A stretch of 64,000 nucleotides of DNA from Polymyxa betae A26-41. Its lineage: Eukaryota; Protista; Endomyxa: Phytomyxea. The stretch is from the NCBI GenBank assembly GCA_003693705.1, contig RBZT01000578.1, positions 124,001 to 188,000 of the forward strand, written 5' to 3'. Under the pieces are notes generated by a model, which saw only the letters and a program-made list of their open reading frames with translations, had not been told where the DNA came from and did no database searches. Position 1 is the stretch's first letter. Every line of letters starts with the position of its first letter. This document shows, in pieces, positions 38,201-49,307 of the stretch. The translations under genes were made by a program, and so were the position numbers.

Positions 38201-39007
38201 GCAGGACCTTCAAGATCACAATTTTCGGAATTAGAATGTCAAGAATCAGAATTCTCAGAATAGATGCTGTTTACTGCCGAAAGTGAGACGCTATCGCAAT
38301 TCATCTGTGATCTATGTACTACAGGTTTTCTGTGTAAACTGATCTCAACAAGAAAGATGAACAGATTGTTCAGTCTGCTTTCTAAACCCCGTTGCAGCTG
38401 CACCAATGAAAAACAGTACAAATGGCCGATAAAGTGTTGCCGATCATCTTTGCAAAGCAAAATCATGTAGGGAGCTTCAGATTTTACCTCGCTGCAAGGT
38501 TATGCATTCGGAGTAGGAAAACTCTGTTACTGAAAACAGCTCGAGGAACGCTGATTGGTTTGCGAGCGCTATTCATTAATCTGTTGATTGTTGAGCCGGG
38601 AATACGATTCAGACTGTGCGGAAGCTGTCTTTAAAGTAAAAAGTGGTTCGTCGACTGGATTCGAACCTTGTCTGTGTGAATTCCTTGATGAACTGTTGTT
38701 AAAATGTATCAGAAACCCTACAGAATAATCAAATTGCCATTGTCTGGGCGTGCTTTCAATCTATTAGGGAGCCTCTAACTGATCTCTGTAAAAACGTGTC
38801 CCGAAAGATCCCCTGATTGAGTTCATTTTTAGAATCATAAAAAAATTAATAGGAAGCACCTCGGACTTTTTTTACCAACTTTGCCGTTTTATTCTCCGTT
38901 TATTAGTCCAATAGAAAGAGATTTGCGGTAGGTGAAATTGTAGGGCGAAGGGTCACTCAAACTTGAATTTCTTTTTTCTGTTATAACATTCCCATTAACC
39001 ATTTTCG

Positions 39008-39680
39008 ATGCCGAACAAAAAATGGAACCCGGTGATGCGCAAGCGCCTGGCCGATCTGGTCGAAGTGCATGGCAAGCACTGGAAGGTGATCGCCCGGGTG
39101 ATGCAGGCCGAATTCACAGACCCGAAATTTTCACCAGCTGCGTGTTTTGTGCAGTATAAAAGGACGATAGGTATGTTCTTTAATCATATCGTTTTATCAA
39201 TTCTGGTATAGCCTCTAAGCTGTCAAAATGGCTGTTTGCTGACGAGGGTACATTTTGATCATTTTACGAAATTCTGCCTGATGATTTCAAAGTTGCGAGT
39301 GCCGTCGACGATGTTCCTGCAGTTGTCAGCCAATCTCCTGCCCTGATGGGTATTTTCTTTCCTTTTTTTCGCCCACAACTCACCATGGTTATAGATACGA
39401 AGGTTCTGTCAGGGGGTGATGAACTGGTTGGGCATGATGGATTAGTTGACTGGCACCAAGAGGATACGGACGACGCCCCATTATCGGGTATCTTTCGTTC
39501 AGTAAATGTTTTCCTTTCGATTCACTCAAACAAACATTATTAGGCAACGATATCCCAATTTGTGAACAGATCTCGGCGGTGCGACGTCCGGTCCGGGATA
39601 TTGTCAAGTCTTATCTGGATAAAGTTATCCCGATGATTATTGACTGCTTTCCCGGACCGGGCGTTCGCCTTGCATAATGA
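39008..39680 (+). CDS. Single Myb/SANT-domain protein
   Basis: WNPVMRKRLADLVEVHGKHWKVIARVM...SPAACFVQY; short introns follow. Confidence 0.7.
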
Positions 39681-39942
39681 CTCAGTTCATGGGCAAATTC
39701 CTCGAAACACCCGCACAGGTACCAATCTTGTATGTGACGTTGTAATTCTCATATCAAATGGCTGTGCACAGCTGCCGCGTGCGGGTACGTGGTACATGTA
39801 ACGTGTTCGTGTCGTGGTTGCCTGCTAACATTGTAATAGAACAGTTTTTTTCAAGTTAGTCTTTGCACTTTTATTGTTCTTTTTCAGCTATACGAATGTT
39901 CTTAAAGCAAGCAACTCTGCTTTCGACACGTCAAAGTTAGGA

Positions 39943-40046
39943 CTTGTTTTTGATTGATTAGGCGCCGCCTGGATTGGTGTTCCTGTCGATAGTATCCATA
40001 TGGCGTTGCCGCCAGATCTTAAAATCTGATACTAAAACAGCTCGAG
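39943..40046 (+). pseudogene. Third fragment of the BioD-like gene plus flank remnant
   Basis: 39943-40011 matches 37807-37873 and the APPGVGDPIDSINLALP exon; 40025-40046 matches 38523-38545. Confidence 0.75.
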
Positions 40047-40389
40047 TACAGGCGTTCAGTTTGTGGGGAATGCGGAAGGGTTTCTCACAAATCAGTTTGA
40101 CGGCAGGTTTCACTCGCCCAAATAAAGTGGAACTATTTTTTTTGTCGATCTGAAAAGTTTATTGGATCCCCCTAGAGTGCTGATTGATAACATGCAAATT
40201 AAAACGCCCATTCACGTTTGGTACTGTAACTTTCGTTGCCAGAAAAACCGACCCTAGATGCAGCCACATTGTTGCTAACGCCGCCCATTTTTGTAGCCAT
40301 CGTCCAATGAAACGATTGCGCGCGTTGCAGAACGCCGCTTTGTCAAATGATTAACGGAGACGGCCTTTCTCTTTTTGCACGACGTGGGT

Positions 40390-42033
40390 TTACGTCATCT
40401 CGACGGATTCCGGGCTGGATGATCTGCTCGACCCGATCGACACTGAAGAAGACCGCCTGGACACAATTATGGGCGTAGATGGAGGTGTCATCGGCCGCGG
40501 CTGCGATCGCAGCACCATCTTGGCGACTGACGCCGACTCCACCCGGCCGCCATTCGACGGCAAATTCCAGAACTTTACACATCCGTCGAGCGAGGCGCTG
40601 ATTAGCCGGTCGTCGCCCACCCATTGTAGCGTCGTAATTTCACCCTCGTGGGCGCGTACGACGTATCGTATGGAGCCGGGACCGAATGCGTCCCAGACCG
40701 CAATACAGCCATTATGATGGGCGGTCAAGATCTGCGACGTGGAGGGCGCGAACACAATCTGGCTAATGGCGCTGGTCGGGCCGTCCTGCAGCTCTGCGAC
40801 GGTGCGGATGGCGGCCGTCACCAACTCTGCCTTACTCAACGAATAGACAGTGCAGATTCGATCATGGGCAGTGAACAACGCCCTCTGATCCGGGCAGTAT
40901 CGCAGGGCCGTCACGGGGCCCATCACCTGATCCGAGATCTGACGAACGACTCGAAACTGTCGATCGCTCAGGTCGGCGACGTACAGCGAGGCAGCAGACG
41001 TCCCGGCCACAAACCAGCGCTCGTCTGGTGTCACTTGAAACGCCAAGACGGGCTGGGCGAGATGCGATCGTGCCACCAATAGCGATGAATGCGTATCGGT
41101 CATGGCGATCGTATTGTCCAGACTGCAGGTAACTAGGACCTGTTGCTGGCCGAGGTGCAGAGCCTGTACGATCCGTTTGCGATGCACAGTCCAGATGCGG
41201 GCGTCGGCCAGCTGTGAGTACGTGTCGTTGAGGGTGAAGACGTGAACGAGGCCGGACGATAGGGCGGCGAATACCTGACGATGGCGTTGATCGTAGGCGA
41301 CAGCGGTGACAGCTGATGGGAAGTAGGAGCTGGCAGAGACTAGCCATTCGGCTCGCTCGCGATGCGACCAGACGTTCATACAGCCGACCGGGACGATGGC
41401 ACCTTGTTTCTCCCAGGGAAACTTCGTATTCGTGAGTAACGAGTCGAGACGGTTGAAGACGGCAGTGTCCTCGCAAGCCGTCACGACAATGTCGCCAGCG
41501 TAGAGCAGTGATCGAATTGAGAAAACCTGATCGGTGAGGACCGTGGTTGCCATCAACTTCGATGGATCTCGTAGGCTGACGCCATGTTCGTGCAGCTGCA
41601 AAAACTGCTGGATTTCCTCCGAACAGATCACCGCCTTCTGGGCAAGCAGCCCAACCAGATATCGATGCAGAGACGCGCGCCGCTCCTCGACGAAAACCGG
41701 ATCTTTGTTTAGAAAGGGCCGGGGCGGCGGCAACGCCGGCAACCTCGCGAACTTCGTCGACAAACGACGATGCAGATGTCGAAATGACGAATAGCGACGC
41801 GTGACGATCCACTGAGATTCAGGCCCAGACCGGACCTGAGTGTCGGCATCAGCTCGGGCGGTGACCACGATCATGAAGGTGGTGTGGGAGACTCCCAGGT
41901 CCAGCTGCCCGGTTGTGGCCAGAGCTAGCAGCGACTTGATCAGACCTTGGCCCTGGACGAGCCGGGTCGCCGGCACCTGGGCCACTATCGTCATTATGAA
42001 CTGAAGAGCCCCGGGTCGCACCCCCGGCGGCAC
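40390..42033 (-). CDS. PX-domain + WD40-repeat protein (start uncertain)
   Basis: PX: WIVTRRYSSFRHLHRRL...LPALPP...FVEERRASLHRYL; WD repeats ending AHEGEITTLQW...LISASLDGCVKFW. Confidence 0.85.
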   Translation of the reverse strand: MPPGVRPGALQFIMTIVAQVPATRLVQGQGLIKSLLALATTGQLDLGVSHTTFMIVVTARADADTQVRSGPESQWIVTRRYSSFRHLHRRLSTKFARLPALPPPRPFLNKDPVFVEERRASLHRYLVGLLAQKAVICSEEIQQFLQLHEHGVSLRDPSKLMATTVLTDQVFSIRSLLYAGDIVVTACEDTAVFNRLDSLLTNTKFPWEKQGAIVPVGCMNVWSHRERAEWLVSASSYFPSAVTAVAYDQRHRQVFAALSSGLVHVFTLNDTYSQLADARIWTVHRKRIVQALHLGQQQVLVTCSLDNTIAMTDTHSSLLVARSHLAQPVLAFQVTPDERWFVAGTSAASLYVADLSDRQFRVVRQISDQVMGPVTALRYCPDQRALFTAHDRICTVYSLSKAELVTAAIRTVAELQDGPTSAISQIVFAPSTSQILTAHHNGCIAVWDAFGPGSIRYVVRAHEGEITTLQWVGDDRLISASLDGCVKFWNLPSNGGRVESASVAKMVLRSQPRPMTPPSTPIIVSRRSSSVSIGSSRSSSPESVEMT

Positions 42034-42342
42034 CTCCCTCTACATACACCACCAATATTATAATAAAAATGACGCGGGACGGCCGCAGCCGACCACATCT
42101 GGTGATGTATGGTCTATTGATTAGCAGCCAGCTGGATAAAGAGGTCTGGTAGGTGGGCTCGGGGCACCCCAAGGCTAGTAACGGATTAATCGGGGGACTG
42201 GAGTTCATGGGGTTTGGGGTCGATGGGGTCATCGTCATTGCGCAAATAGTAGCCTCAGCTATCGCCTTTATTATTATAATCTTACTTCGTGCCACCTTTA
42301 TTTACAGCTGAGACAGACACAGAAGGGCGATCCATTGGAAGC

Positions 42343-43539
42343 ATGGAGACCTTTCAACGCGCCGCCGACTATCAGACGGCCGGCGCTTACCCCTCCAGAC
42401 CCATGATGCCGACATCGGCGCTGACTCCCGGTGGGACCAGGTCGTTCGTTGTTCATGGCACGCGATTCAATGTTCGCGAGCGGTATCGGCTGATCAGGGT
42501 GCTGGGTTTCGGGGCGTTCGGTGTCGTCTGCGCTGCTGAGGATACTGTCTCTGGAACGCAAGTCGCCATCAAGAAAATCTCGAACGCATTCGCGAACCTG
42601 ATTCACACGAGACGGATTTTGAGAGAGGTCCGTCTGATGCGATATTTCGATCACGATAATATCATCAAGATTCGGGATCTGATGCGGCCCAGACAAAACG
42701 ACGAATCCGATGACGTCTATATCGTGACTGAACTAATGGAGACCGATCTACACCAGATTATCGTCTCACCCCAGAAGCTCACCAACGAGCACATCCAGTA
42801 CTTCCTGTACCAGCTGTTACGTGGGCTTCGTTGCATCCATTCAGCCGGCATTCTGCATCGCGACCTGAAACCGTCTAATATCCTGCTCAATTCAAACTGC
42901 GATTTGAAAATCGCCGATTTTGGCCTGGCCAGAATGGCGTCGTCGGAAGAAGACACGAATGCCTTCATGACCGAATATGTGGCGACCCGATGGTACCGAG
43001 CTCCCGAGATTATGCTGTCGTGGAAGGAATACACGAAGGCGATCGATATGTGGAGCGTCGGCTGCATATTTGGCGAGCTGCTGGGACGTCGGCCGCTTTT
43101 CCAAGGCCGAGATTACATGCACCAACTGCATTTAATCACCGACGTCCTCGGGACGCCATCCTTCGCTGACACCGAATACATCGCTAGCCCTAAAGCCAAG
43201 GCTTATATTCGTTCGCTGCCGATCAAACCGCGCGTCCCGTTCGAGGTCATCTACCCGATGGCATCTCCAGATGCCATCGACTTGCTAATGAAGATGTTGA
43301 TGTTTTCGCCGGAGAAGCGTATTAGCGTCGAAGAGGCTTTGGCGCATCCGTTCCTGGCATCATTGCACGACCCAAATGACGAGCCGGTGGCGTCCGGCGT
43401 TTTCGATTTCAGTTTCGAATCGCTGAATCTGAACGTGGATGAATGGCGCGATCTTCTGTGGAAAGAAGCCGATTACTACGACGATAAAGCCGATACTGCT
43501 GATATCAGAGACGATGACGAGAGGTTCAGGTCCATATGA
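42343..43539 (+). CDS. MAPK: Mitogen-activated protein kinase (TEY, ERK-like), intronless
   Basis: GFGAFG, VAIKK, HRDLKPSN, DFG, MTEYVATRWYRAPE, CD domain LHDPNDEP. Confidence 0.97.
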   Translation: METFQRAADYQTAGAYPSRPMMPTSALTPGGTRSFVVHGTRFNVRERYRLIRVLGFGAFGVVCAAEDTVSGTQVAIKKISNAFANLIHTRRILREVRLMRYFDHDNIIKIRDLMRPRQNDESDDVYIVTELMETDLHQIIVSPQKLTNEHIQYFLYQLLRGLRCIHSAGILHRDLKPSNILLNSNCDLKIADFGLARMASSEEDTNAFMTEYVATRWYRAPEIMLSWKEYTKAIDMWSVGCIFGELLGRRPLFQGRDYMHQLHLITDVLGTPSFADTEYIASPKAKAYIRSLPIKPRVPFEVIYPMASPDAIDLLMKMLMFSPEKRISVEEALAHPFLASLHDPNDEPVASGVFDFSFESLNLNVDEWRDLLWKEADYYDDKADTADIRDDDERFRSI

Positions 43540-43664
43540 TGCCGTATTCTAGTTTATATTTTAATTGGCTCAATGCTCTATATAATATTTTCATACTTTA
43601 AATGTTTTGATGGGTGCTTAATAATAAACCCACTGTCCGATCCCTGGGTACCATCTGTCATCTA

Positions 43665-44283
43665 ATGCATATTAGTCTAGATCTCATCAAGTGCTTGCAT
43701 CTTGACAGCAGCCATTACGTGCTGACCGGGCGGGGTGTTCAGGTAGTCGAAGAGTTCTTCAAGACGCTGGATGTGAGAGAAAAACACTCGCTGGACGACG
43801 TCCAGTTCATGTGTTTCATGAAAGCAGCAACCGACCTGTCTGACAATCAAATTCGGAAAGTGTTCGAAATGTTCGATGTTGACAAATCTGCCACAATTGA
43901 ATTTGATGAATTCTACCTGCTTGTTTGCATGTTAATTGCCATCAAGGACCAGGTCGAAAAACAATTTCTATGGTGTCACTCACGAACTTGTTTTGAATTG
44001 CTTGACGAAGATGGCAGCAAAACAGTCTCGATTGAGGAATTCGAAGCGTTCGGATTTGTTTTTAACATCAGCAGGCAGGCATCGAGGCGCATCTTTGCAG
44101 AGTTCGATGTCGATAATAGCCAGGTATACACTTGAATATGAATAATGGGATTGCCTAAATAGAATTTGACAGGCTTTGGACTACGAAGAGTTTCGAATGT
44201 TTACTCTAGCCTGCTTAGAAGAGCAACACAAACAAGAAATGCGAATCGGACGAGACAGAAAGCGAATATGCACAATTCTGTGA
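43665..44283 (+). CDS. EFCAB9: EF-hand calcium-binding protein EFCAB9-like; one intron 44124-44172
   Basis: LHLD...EFFKTLDV...LDDVQF...TDL...VFEMFD...IEFDEFYLLVCMLIA...EKQFLWCHSRTCFELLD...FVFNI...FDVD...LDYEEF follows the EFCAB9 pattern over its whole length. Confidence 0.85.
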
Positions 44284-44740
44284 TGCCATAATTCGGTATA
44301 AATATATAGTAAAATTGGGTTTCAGAATTTAATGGTTATGTAATTTATAAATTCAAACGTTTTGATCACATTTGAGATGTTGTAAATGTGCCAATTGCAA
44401 AAATTGTTGGTTTGCTATGGACCCCGGTAATTGGCAACCAGTAATCACTTAGACTGATCTTTGAGGAGGACAGTAATAAGTGACTGCATTTTTCAACTTT
44501 GTGAAAACTGTCTGGAAAACCAGGAAAATTGGTAAACCAGGAAAAACATAACCCATCAACAGTCAGAGAATGCATGTTTCTCAAATATGTCGAAGTTTTC
44601 CATACAGGAGACTGTGAATTGACATCATGAAGGCATGACAACAAACGTGCCACTTTTCACTTCATGAGCATCGTTTTGTTGCTTGAAAGAGAATGCAGTG
44701 CGTAGCGCAGTTGCTGCTCATAATATCAACCATCTAAGCG

Positions 44741-45151
44741 ATGCCGACCGTCGGGATCCCGGTCAAGCTCGTCCATGAAGCCGAAGGGCACATCATCACT
44801 GTCGAGCTCGTCACCGGCGAGCTCTACCGAGGCCAGATGGTCGAGGCCGAAGACACCATGAATTTATCTCTCTGCAACGTCACTTGTACCGGTCGCGATG
44901 GTCGCATCTCCAAGCTTGACCATATCTACATCCGCGGCAGCAAAATTCGCTTCATGATCATGCCCGATATGTTAAAGAACGCCCCGATGTTCAAGCGTCT
45001 GGGCAAGACGAAAGGCGCCCCGGTCGGTCACGGATTGGGTGTTGGACGAGGTGTCAGGAGTGGCGTCGGCGGCCCGCCGCTAGCCGGTCGTGGTCGTGCT
45101 GTTGGCGCTCCCCGGCCTGGGGCTCCAGCCGGCCGAGCTGGTCCTTACTAA
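44741..45151 (+). CDS. SNRPD3: Small nuclear ribonucleoprotein Sm D3
   Basis: [19 protein letters not shown]...EAEDTMN...[22 protein letters not shown], with RG tail. Confidence 0.97.
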   Translation: MPTVGIPVKLVHEAEGHIITVELVTGELYRGQMVEAEDTMNLSLCNVTCTGRDGRISKLDHIYIRGSKIRFMIMPDMLKNAPMFKRLGKTKGAPVGHGLGVGRGVRSGVGGPPLAGRGRAVGAPRPGAPAGRAGPY

Positions 45152-45411
45152 TCCTAACCTAGCCTGTTATAAACCTCATTGCTTCACAACAGACAGCCGA
45201 AAGGCCTTTAAAGTGCACAAACACCCCTTTAGAACCCTTCAAAAGATTCTCGTCTGTTGGTAACTTCAATAATCCCAGTTTGGAGAAGTAATGTTAATCA
45301 AGTGGCGTTTGCAGTGGAGAATGTGGGGACCCAACAATTCTCACTGCGTACTGCTAGGCCTCTTCATCATTCATCGGTTGATGCCATTCGTCTACAGAGC
45401 TGTCTAATAGC

Positions 45412-47382
45412 ATGTCTGTCCAAGAAAATGGATCGGTTCTCCAAAACGGGCCGGCGTCGGCATTGAACAGCGAATTCGGCGAAAAGGATATTGCTGCTGT
45501 TTTGAAGCCGCTGAGACAGCGCGGCGTCATATCTGACATTGGCGAGCGACTTCGCGCATTGCAAGCGCTTCGGAAGTTCATCATCAATTTTGAAGGAACG
45601 TTTATCAAAACGTTAGCATCGGATCTGCATCGTCATCGCCAGGAGACCGTCATCTTGGAAACTCAAGTCGCTTTATCCGAATGTAATGAAGCCATCAAGC
45701 ATCTCCATGCTTGGAGCTCCCGACGCCCAGTTTCCACTCCGTGTAGGTGGGAAACCTAGCGAGTTCTTTATCGCTAAAAATGCTCAAGGTGTTGCTCTTC
45801 CTGGAAGTGCTTTCGTCGAACCCATATCAAAGGGAACCGTTCTGATCATTGCTCCTTTTAACTGTATGTTTTATTCTTCTGTGTTTTTCGGTATTTTTTA
45901 TAGGCTATAGATCCTGTCCAGCTTAGCATGGTTGCATTAGTTTCAGCCATTGCTGCTGGAAATACAACTGTCTTGAAACTCTCTGAGTTGACTCCTGAAA
46001 CCTCAATGGCTATTGCGACGCATTTGAATGACTATCTTGCTAAAGACATCGTCGGAGTCGTTCTTGGTGGTCCCAAAACCGGAGGATTACTTTTGAAAGA
46101 AAAATTCGATCATATTTTCTTCACTGGCAGTGAAAGAGTTGGCAAAATTGTTATGAAAGCAGCGGCTGAATATTTAACTCCAGGTATGTTATTTATGGAG
46201 TTGAATCGTATACACGCTCTCACCAAAATGCATCAGTAACCCTGGAGCTTGGGGGTAAATCGCCTTGCGTTGTTTTCCCTTCAACTAACATCGCTTTGGC
46301 TGCTAAACGTATTATGTGGACAAAATGGGCAAATGCAGGCCAGGTATGGTCGAGATTTGTTTTTTGTTGTTACTTTCTCACGACGAATTAGACATGCATT
46401 GCTGGCGATTATGCCCTTGTTCACGAATCTGTTTATGATGCTTTTATTGAGGCTTGCCAATTAGCAGTTAAAGAATTTTCTAACGATAACGCCATTGAAG
46501 GCAGTCCTGACTTTTGCCGAATTATTAACGAGGTCTGTGGGTATTCTGACAGCATTATCTCCCCGCATAATGGTGCTTTCCAGACACATGCGACTCGGCT
46601 TCAAGGACTGCTTAACGATTGCCGTGATAGAATATTGCTCGGTGGCGATGCCAACATCAGTGCATGCTTTGTCGCTCCCACTGTTGTTGGCCCAGTTGTT
46701 AAAAGCGATGCTTTAATGCAATCTGAGGTCTGACAGCTTCAATTTTTTTGTCCCCTTTCAGATTCAGGTTTAGATCTTTGGGCCGATTTTGCCCGTAATG
46801 ACGTTTGGCTCCCTTTCTGAAGCCGTTGAAATTATTAATGACATCTGCCCTACACCACTAGCTTTGTATGTGTTTGGTGACACCAAAGAAATGGAAGGAG
46901 TATTGTCTAAAGTAAAATCTGGTATTGTAAATTTTCGGATTCAGTTAGCTGGCAGTAACCGTTGGACAGGAAGTGCTTGTATCAATGATTGCGTGTTCCA
47001 GTTCACACTTTCCGGGGCTCCTTTCGGCGGAATCGGAACCAGCGGAATGTCTGTTACTTGAAGTATCATTATGGGATCTGAACTCTCTTAGGGGAGCATA
47101 TCATGGACAAAGAGGATTTGATGAATTTTCCCATTTAAGACCTGTCCTAATTCGTTCTGCGAAATCATTGTTTGATCTTCCGCAAAGATATCCACCATGT
47201 CAGCTTTCTTGTGTTTTTTTGTCACGATCTTCTCTGACTGTATAGCAGACAAGCAATCTTCTGAAGATTTGATCAAGACTGTGCTGCACTGGACAAATTT
47301 GAACTCCTCGTCATTGTCTGCTATCTTCAAGTTTGTAGTCCTTACAGGGATCCTTGCGGCAGCGGTAAAAGCAGCCATCTAA
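45412..47382 (+). CDS. ALDH3: Aldehyde dehydrogenase family 3 (fatty aldehyde dehydrogenase-like) with C-terminal TM anchor
   Basis: [61 protein letters not shown]...FSH, hydrophobic tail. Confidence 0.93.
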
Positions 47383-47400
47383 AATCATTTGTTACAGGGT

Positions 47401-48481
47401 TTATAAATATTTTGCCGACTTTATGGTCGGTCTTTGAGACAAATCTTGTAACTCCTGGTATGCAAGTAGATGTGACCCAATAACTCCTGCCCCAACGTCT
47501 AGTTGCGATAACTGAATTAATGACTCCGGATAGTCGACATAACCAGCAATCATCTCACTAAAGTATTTTCGAACGGCAGGCAGAATGATTTGACGTTTTG
47601 AAACGCCTCCTCCAAGAACAATACATTCAGGGGACAGGATTAAGAACAAATTTGCACATAGCTGTCCAAGATAAAAGCCTATGATATCCCAGACTGAATG
47701 GGAGTCATCAACGTCGACCAGCTTCGACTCGTGAATCTGACAACGTGCAGAAATTGCTGCTGCCGATGCCAATCCTTCAACACAATCGTTGTGAAACGGG
47801 CAGACACCTTCGAACGTATCGTCTTTGCGGCGTTGGACACGAATGTGTCCGGCTTCAGCATGAGACATTCCAATAAGAGCAACACCATTAACGAGAATAC
47901 CAACTCCTATTCCTGTCCCAATAGTGACATACACTAAGGACGACATATCGGATCCTTTGCCAACACCATGCACCAATTCAGCAATAGCGGCACCATTCAC
48001 ATCGGTATCGATTCCTGCAATATTTCAAACCATAGACTGAAATTATACCAGTAATCGAATACCTATTGGAATATCTGGAAATGCTGTCTTCATATACTTC
48101 AACAATTCTATAAGTAATAATCAATGAAAGTTTTTGCAGAAGTCAACTATAAACAACCGAAATGTGTCCATCCTTCTTTAGGAGTTTTTTCGATGCGACC
48201 ATAATTGGGACTGGTCTTTTTCAAACAGATGGGACCGAACGCAGCAATGCCAATAGCAGCCGGATTTTCATTGTTTTGTTTAATCCAATTGATACATTGC
48301 TGCATCGTCTTAACCGGATCGGAAGTGGTCGGAAATCGGGCCCGATTAACCACATTGTCAGCTGAATTATCTGCGATTGAGACGACGAAGGACGTTCCTC
48401 CTATGACACCGATGCTTAGTTCAGATATCAGATGTTAGCAGGTGCTCTGATACCAGCTTCAATACCGGCAGTCAATACCAT
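47401..48481 (-). CDS. ROK-family fructokinase (ScrK/YdhR-like), multi-exon
   Basis: AGIEAGGT, IGIAAFGP, TPKEGW, DTDVNGAAIAE, YVTIGTGIGVG, HAEAGH...CPFHNDCVEGLAS, IVLGGGV. Confidence 0.92.
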
Positions 48482-48603
48482 GCTTGGGTATCTTAACAGA
48501 TAAGCTATGAGGCGGAAAGGTCGGCCGCTTGAGCCCACATAAATAGCTCACATATGATAAATTATTGTATTTACATTTTCCAAATTACATTGACAAAAAG
48601 TGT

Positions 48604-49141
48604 TCAAGATTGGGCTGGACCTAGAATAATCGGCTCGTAATTGTCACGATGGGATACCGTATTCACATTGCCGAAAAGATCCCTTTCAAGCGCAAGCAAC
48701 TCGTCGAATAATTGATAGCGAGGCCGAACATTGGAATAATTCCTTTTTAGCATTGTAAACGCTTCCTTTAAATTCAGGCCCTTTACCATCAAAAGATACG
48801 CCCTGTAACCACAATCTAAGTTTTCAATTAAAGTCTTGAATTCGTTTTCATACAATAATAAAGCGGGCGACCTAGACCTGCCTTCAATGCAGTGAATTAG
48901 AACTCCTTCCTTCCTGTCAGTCACGTTGCGAATTATCCTCAAAGCCTCCGATAGATATGGCTTCAGCGAGTGCATGCCGTCGTCAGGGATGGGGATCCGA
49001 TACGACTGGATGCCATCGCCGCTGTATTCGATGGCAAATTCCTCGACAGGTGCCACAGTAATGACGCATGTGATACCATTGTCCTGCAAATACTGCCTAT
49101 TGGTTGCCGTCTTGGCATCGCCTAAATAAATATAGTCCATG
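48604..49141 (-). CDS. Dual-specificity protein phosphatase
   Basis: IYLGD...LQDNGITCVI...IPDD...VLIHCIEGRSRS (HCxxGxxR)...AYLL...AF...VRP. Confidence 0.9.
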
Positions 49142-49307
49142 GAGAGATCAGAATGAGAGAGAAGTGATCTAACGGGGCCTGTATTCCGAGGACTGATCAA
49201 GGAGGCGCTGCAACCTACAACAACCGCTCGATTTTCTTCATCTAGCTTACAATGTTTATATAACAGATTTTCGGTTGTGAAATAATGAGGTGACAATAAT
49301 CAATAGT

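Noticed and set aside
38644-38670. tRNA-like B-box GGTTCGAATCC...CCA on the minus strand
   Set aside because: The T-stem does not pair and no matching 5' acceptor or D-arm exists; at most a relic.
40862-41812. 316-aa alternative-frame ORF overlapping PX-WD40, and similar antisense ORFs elsewhere
   Set aside because: Arg/Ser-rich shadow ORFs are typical of GC-rich coding DNA and show no domain signal.
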